Part shown: piece after piece, positions 9,065-10,991 of the stretch
Layout of the letters: each line of letters starts with the position of its first letter
Position numbering within the stretch: the first letter of the stretch is position 1
From: Octopus sinensis
Lineage: Eukaryota
Reading direction: 5' to 3'
NCBI RefSeq assembly: GCF_006345805.1
Contig: NW_021827107.1
Span: 1 to 10,991, forward strand
DNA length: 10,991 nt
Notes under the pieces: model-generated
Database searches by the model: none
Told to the model about the DNA's origin: nothing
What the model saw: only the letters and a program-made list of their open reading frames with translations
Position numbers and translations under genes: made by a program

Positions 9065-9174
9065 GTGAGCCAAGCTGTTTTGATTCCCAGTTAGTCGTAT
9101 GATGCCAAAGTTCGTTTCATCTCCCCGACTTTTTCCTTACTCTACTTATACACACACGCACACACACACAACTC

Positions 9175-9211
<37 letters not shown>

Positions 9212-9321
9212 ATATATATAACCGGAGTAAACACATAAAGGTAAACAAGGTGGAACAAAGAGTACTCAAATACCTTGGTAGAGTAATATGCTTATTTTAA
9301 AGCAGCAGAAAATTCAACAAA

Positions 9322-9361
9322 CCTGTTATCTCTGAGTTTCCCGTTGCCGTTCATCGGACAG
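9322..9361 (-). ncRNA. Minimal type I hammerhead-ribozyme-like motif (copy A)
   Basis: Minus strand: CTGT-CCGATGA-ACG GCAA CGG-GAAA-CTC A GAG[A]-TA-ACAG. Stem I is ctgt/acag, the core is CYGANGA plus GAAA, and stem III is palindromic with one extra A (9329). It departs from the canonical form at U4>C and an A.G closing pair in stem II. Confidence 0.6.
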
Positions 9362-9378
9362 TTTTTGGCAGAAAAAAA

Positions 9379-9415
9379 TGTCCGTGAACGGCAACGGGAA
9401 ACTCAGAGTAACAGG
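9379..9415 (+). ncRNA. Minimal type I hammerhead-ribozyme-like motif (copy B; core A6 missing)
   Basis: TGT-CCG.TGA-ACG GCAA CGG-GAAA-CTC A GAG-TA-ACAGG. Stem III ACTC-A-GAGT is perfect, the cleavage triplet is GUA (after 9410), and stem I is tgt/aca. Confidence 0.55.
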
Positions 9416-9459
9416 TTTTGTTGAATTTTCTGCTGCTTTAAATAAAGTATATATATATT

Positions 9460-9655
9460 AATTACGGGGATGTACTTGCATAGCAACTGACCTGATCTGA
9501 GATCATATAATGAAACGAAACCAATTGCAGCGTGGAAGGTGTTTATAGCCCATTTAAGAACAAACCAAAACAGTTAGATTCACTCCCACATTTAAATTTA
9601 ATTTGCCAAATATTTTCTTCCCTTTCAGACTGGCGACCTGCCTACTGAAAAATTC
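9460..9655. mobile_element. Probable dispersed repeat fragment, class uncertain
   Basis: Complex sequence bounded by microsatellites. From memory it resembles an octopus interspersed repeat; not verifiable here. Confidence 0.3.
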
Positions 9656-9664
9656 AGTGCTGCA

Positions 9665-9960
9665 AACACACACACACACACCACACACACACACACACAC
9701 ACACCCACACACACACGCACGCACACCACACACACACATATATATATATACATATATATATAAGAGAGATAGATAGATATATGATATAGATATGTATATA
9801 TATATATGTGTGTGTATGTATATGTATATATATAATAACATATGTATATATATATTATACACACGCGCATATATAAACACATACCTAAAACTATGCACCA
9901 ACCGTTATATACAGACAGACAGGCATACATACACCCATATATATATATATCTTATCTTTC
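9665..9960. repeat. (CA)n/(TA)n/(GATA)n microsatellites
   Basis: Directly visible. Confidence 0.9.
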
Positions 9961-10629
9961 ATCTTTTATATATTTCATTAATTAGACCGCGACCATGCTG
10001 GAGCACCGCCTATTATGTGTACACACACAACACAAACACACACAAACGCATATATATGTACGTATGAATGTATGTATGTATGTATTTATATACCTGTAGA
10101 CTGAGGTGAAAAAATAATGATTCACGTAAGACCGGTTCTACCCTGTTAGAAATCTACTATTTTATTTTTATTTTTATTTTATCTAGTTTCAGCTCATAAG
10201 CTGTGGCCATGCTGGGGCACATCTATGGAGTTAAAATTTGCACCAATGTTCATACAGCTAAATCTGACGCCAATTACTGGTGCCTCTGCTGGTGCAGTTG
10301 TTCCTGCTATCGATGCGTCTCTGCCTGTTGCGATTCCATTACTGGTTATCCATGTTGTTGCCCGAACTAATGCAATTGTTGTTGTCGGAAAATTGATGTT
10401 GCTGTCACCGTTCTTCTATTTCCGGTTCCGGTTACACTTATTTGGCTAAAGACGATGTTGCCGTGTTTTTTTTTGGTTTTTTTTTTTCCTGTCAGTGTTG
10501 TTGTTACTCTTATTCTATCTTTTACACTTGTGAAATCATTGACAGATATTGGTCTAGTGGCATGTGAGAAGCTTTTCTAATTATATCGCTGTTGTTGTTG
10601 CTGCTGCTGCTGTTTTTGTTGTTCATAAT

Positions 10630-10855
10630 ATATTTCTTTATTGCCCACAAGGGGCTAAACATAGAGGGGACAAACAAGGACAGACAAACGTATTAAGTCG
10701 ATTACATCAACCCCAGTGCGTAACTGGTACTTTAATTATCGAACCTGAAAGGATAAAAGGCAAAGTGGACCTCGGCGGAATTTGAACTCAGAACATAGCG
10801 GCAGACGAAATACGGCTACGCATTTCGCCCGGTGTGCTAACGTTTCTGCCAGCTC
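10630..10855 (-). mobile_element. tRNA-derived SINE, unit 4 (best-preserved copy)
   Basis: Reverse complement: GAGCTGGCAGAAACGTTAGCACACCGGGCGAAATGCGTAGCCGTATTTCGTCTGCCGCTATGTTCTGAGTTCAAATTCCGCCGAGGTCCACTTTGCC..GTGGGCAATAAAGAAATA. A- and B-boxes are intact. Confidence 0.92.
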
Positions 10856-10861
10856 AACGCA

Positions 10862-10991
10862 TTTGTTGTTCATAATATTGTTGCTATTGGTGTTGTTCCT
10901 GTTTCTGTTGTTATTCTTGTTGTTGATAATGTTGTTTGTTGCTGTTGCTATCGTTACTGTGGTGTTGTTGCTGGTGGTGGTGGTGTTAATG
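10862..10991. repeat. Degenerate (GTT)/(GCT)/(GGT)n simple sequence
   Basis: Directly visible. Confidence 0.85.

Larger units (their letters stand above)
9221..9447. mobile_element. Palindromic element (arms 9291-9360 / 9379-9447; left arm extends to 9221) flanked by (TA)n; probably Penelope-like terminal-repeat derived
   Basis: The core TTTAAAGCAGCAGAAAATTCAACAAA[A]CCTGTTA[T]CTCTGAGTTTCCCGTTGCCGTTCA[T]CGGACA matches the reverse complement of the right arm with three 1-nt indels and no substitutions. The class is inferred from the hammerhead-like motif. Confidence 0.8.

Noticed and set aside
9600-9660. Strong acceptor TTTTCTTCCCTTTCAG| at 9628, and a hammerhead-like reading on the minus strand
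   Set aside because: No donor before the (CA)n run, and neither the hammerhead core nor the stems are satisfied.
10225-10449. 74-aa hydrophobic ORF (AGAVVPAIDASLPV..)
   Set aside because: Composition fits degenerate GTT/GCT simple sequence, like the neighbouring 10862-10991 tract.

Overview
AT-rich, microsatellite-saturated animal non-coding DNA (intergenic or intronic). I infer a coleoid cephalopod, probably Octopus, from the repeat families as I recall them and from the microsatellite density; no search was run. No intact protein-coding gene is supported, and nearly all listed ORFs are translations of (TA)n, (CA)n, (GAA)n or (ATT)n. Between the microsatellites lie mobile-element relics: a ~146-bp inverted repeat enclosing a possible GIY-YIG remnant (131-776); an internally deleted Tc1/mariner element (1050-1925); a possible hAT fragment (~5390-5497); two tandem R4/Dong-like RLE-LINE fragments embedded in (TAA)n (5995-7195); and four tRNA-derived SINE units (7528-8152 on +, 10630-10855 on -). 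The most striking signal is a near-perfect palindrome (9291-9447). Each arm carries a minimal type I hammerhead-ribozyme-like motif of the kind found in Penelope-like elements. The two motifs point away from each other, and each has a different single-nucleotide lesion.
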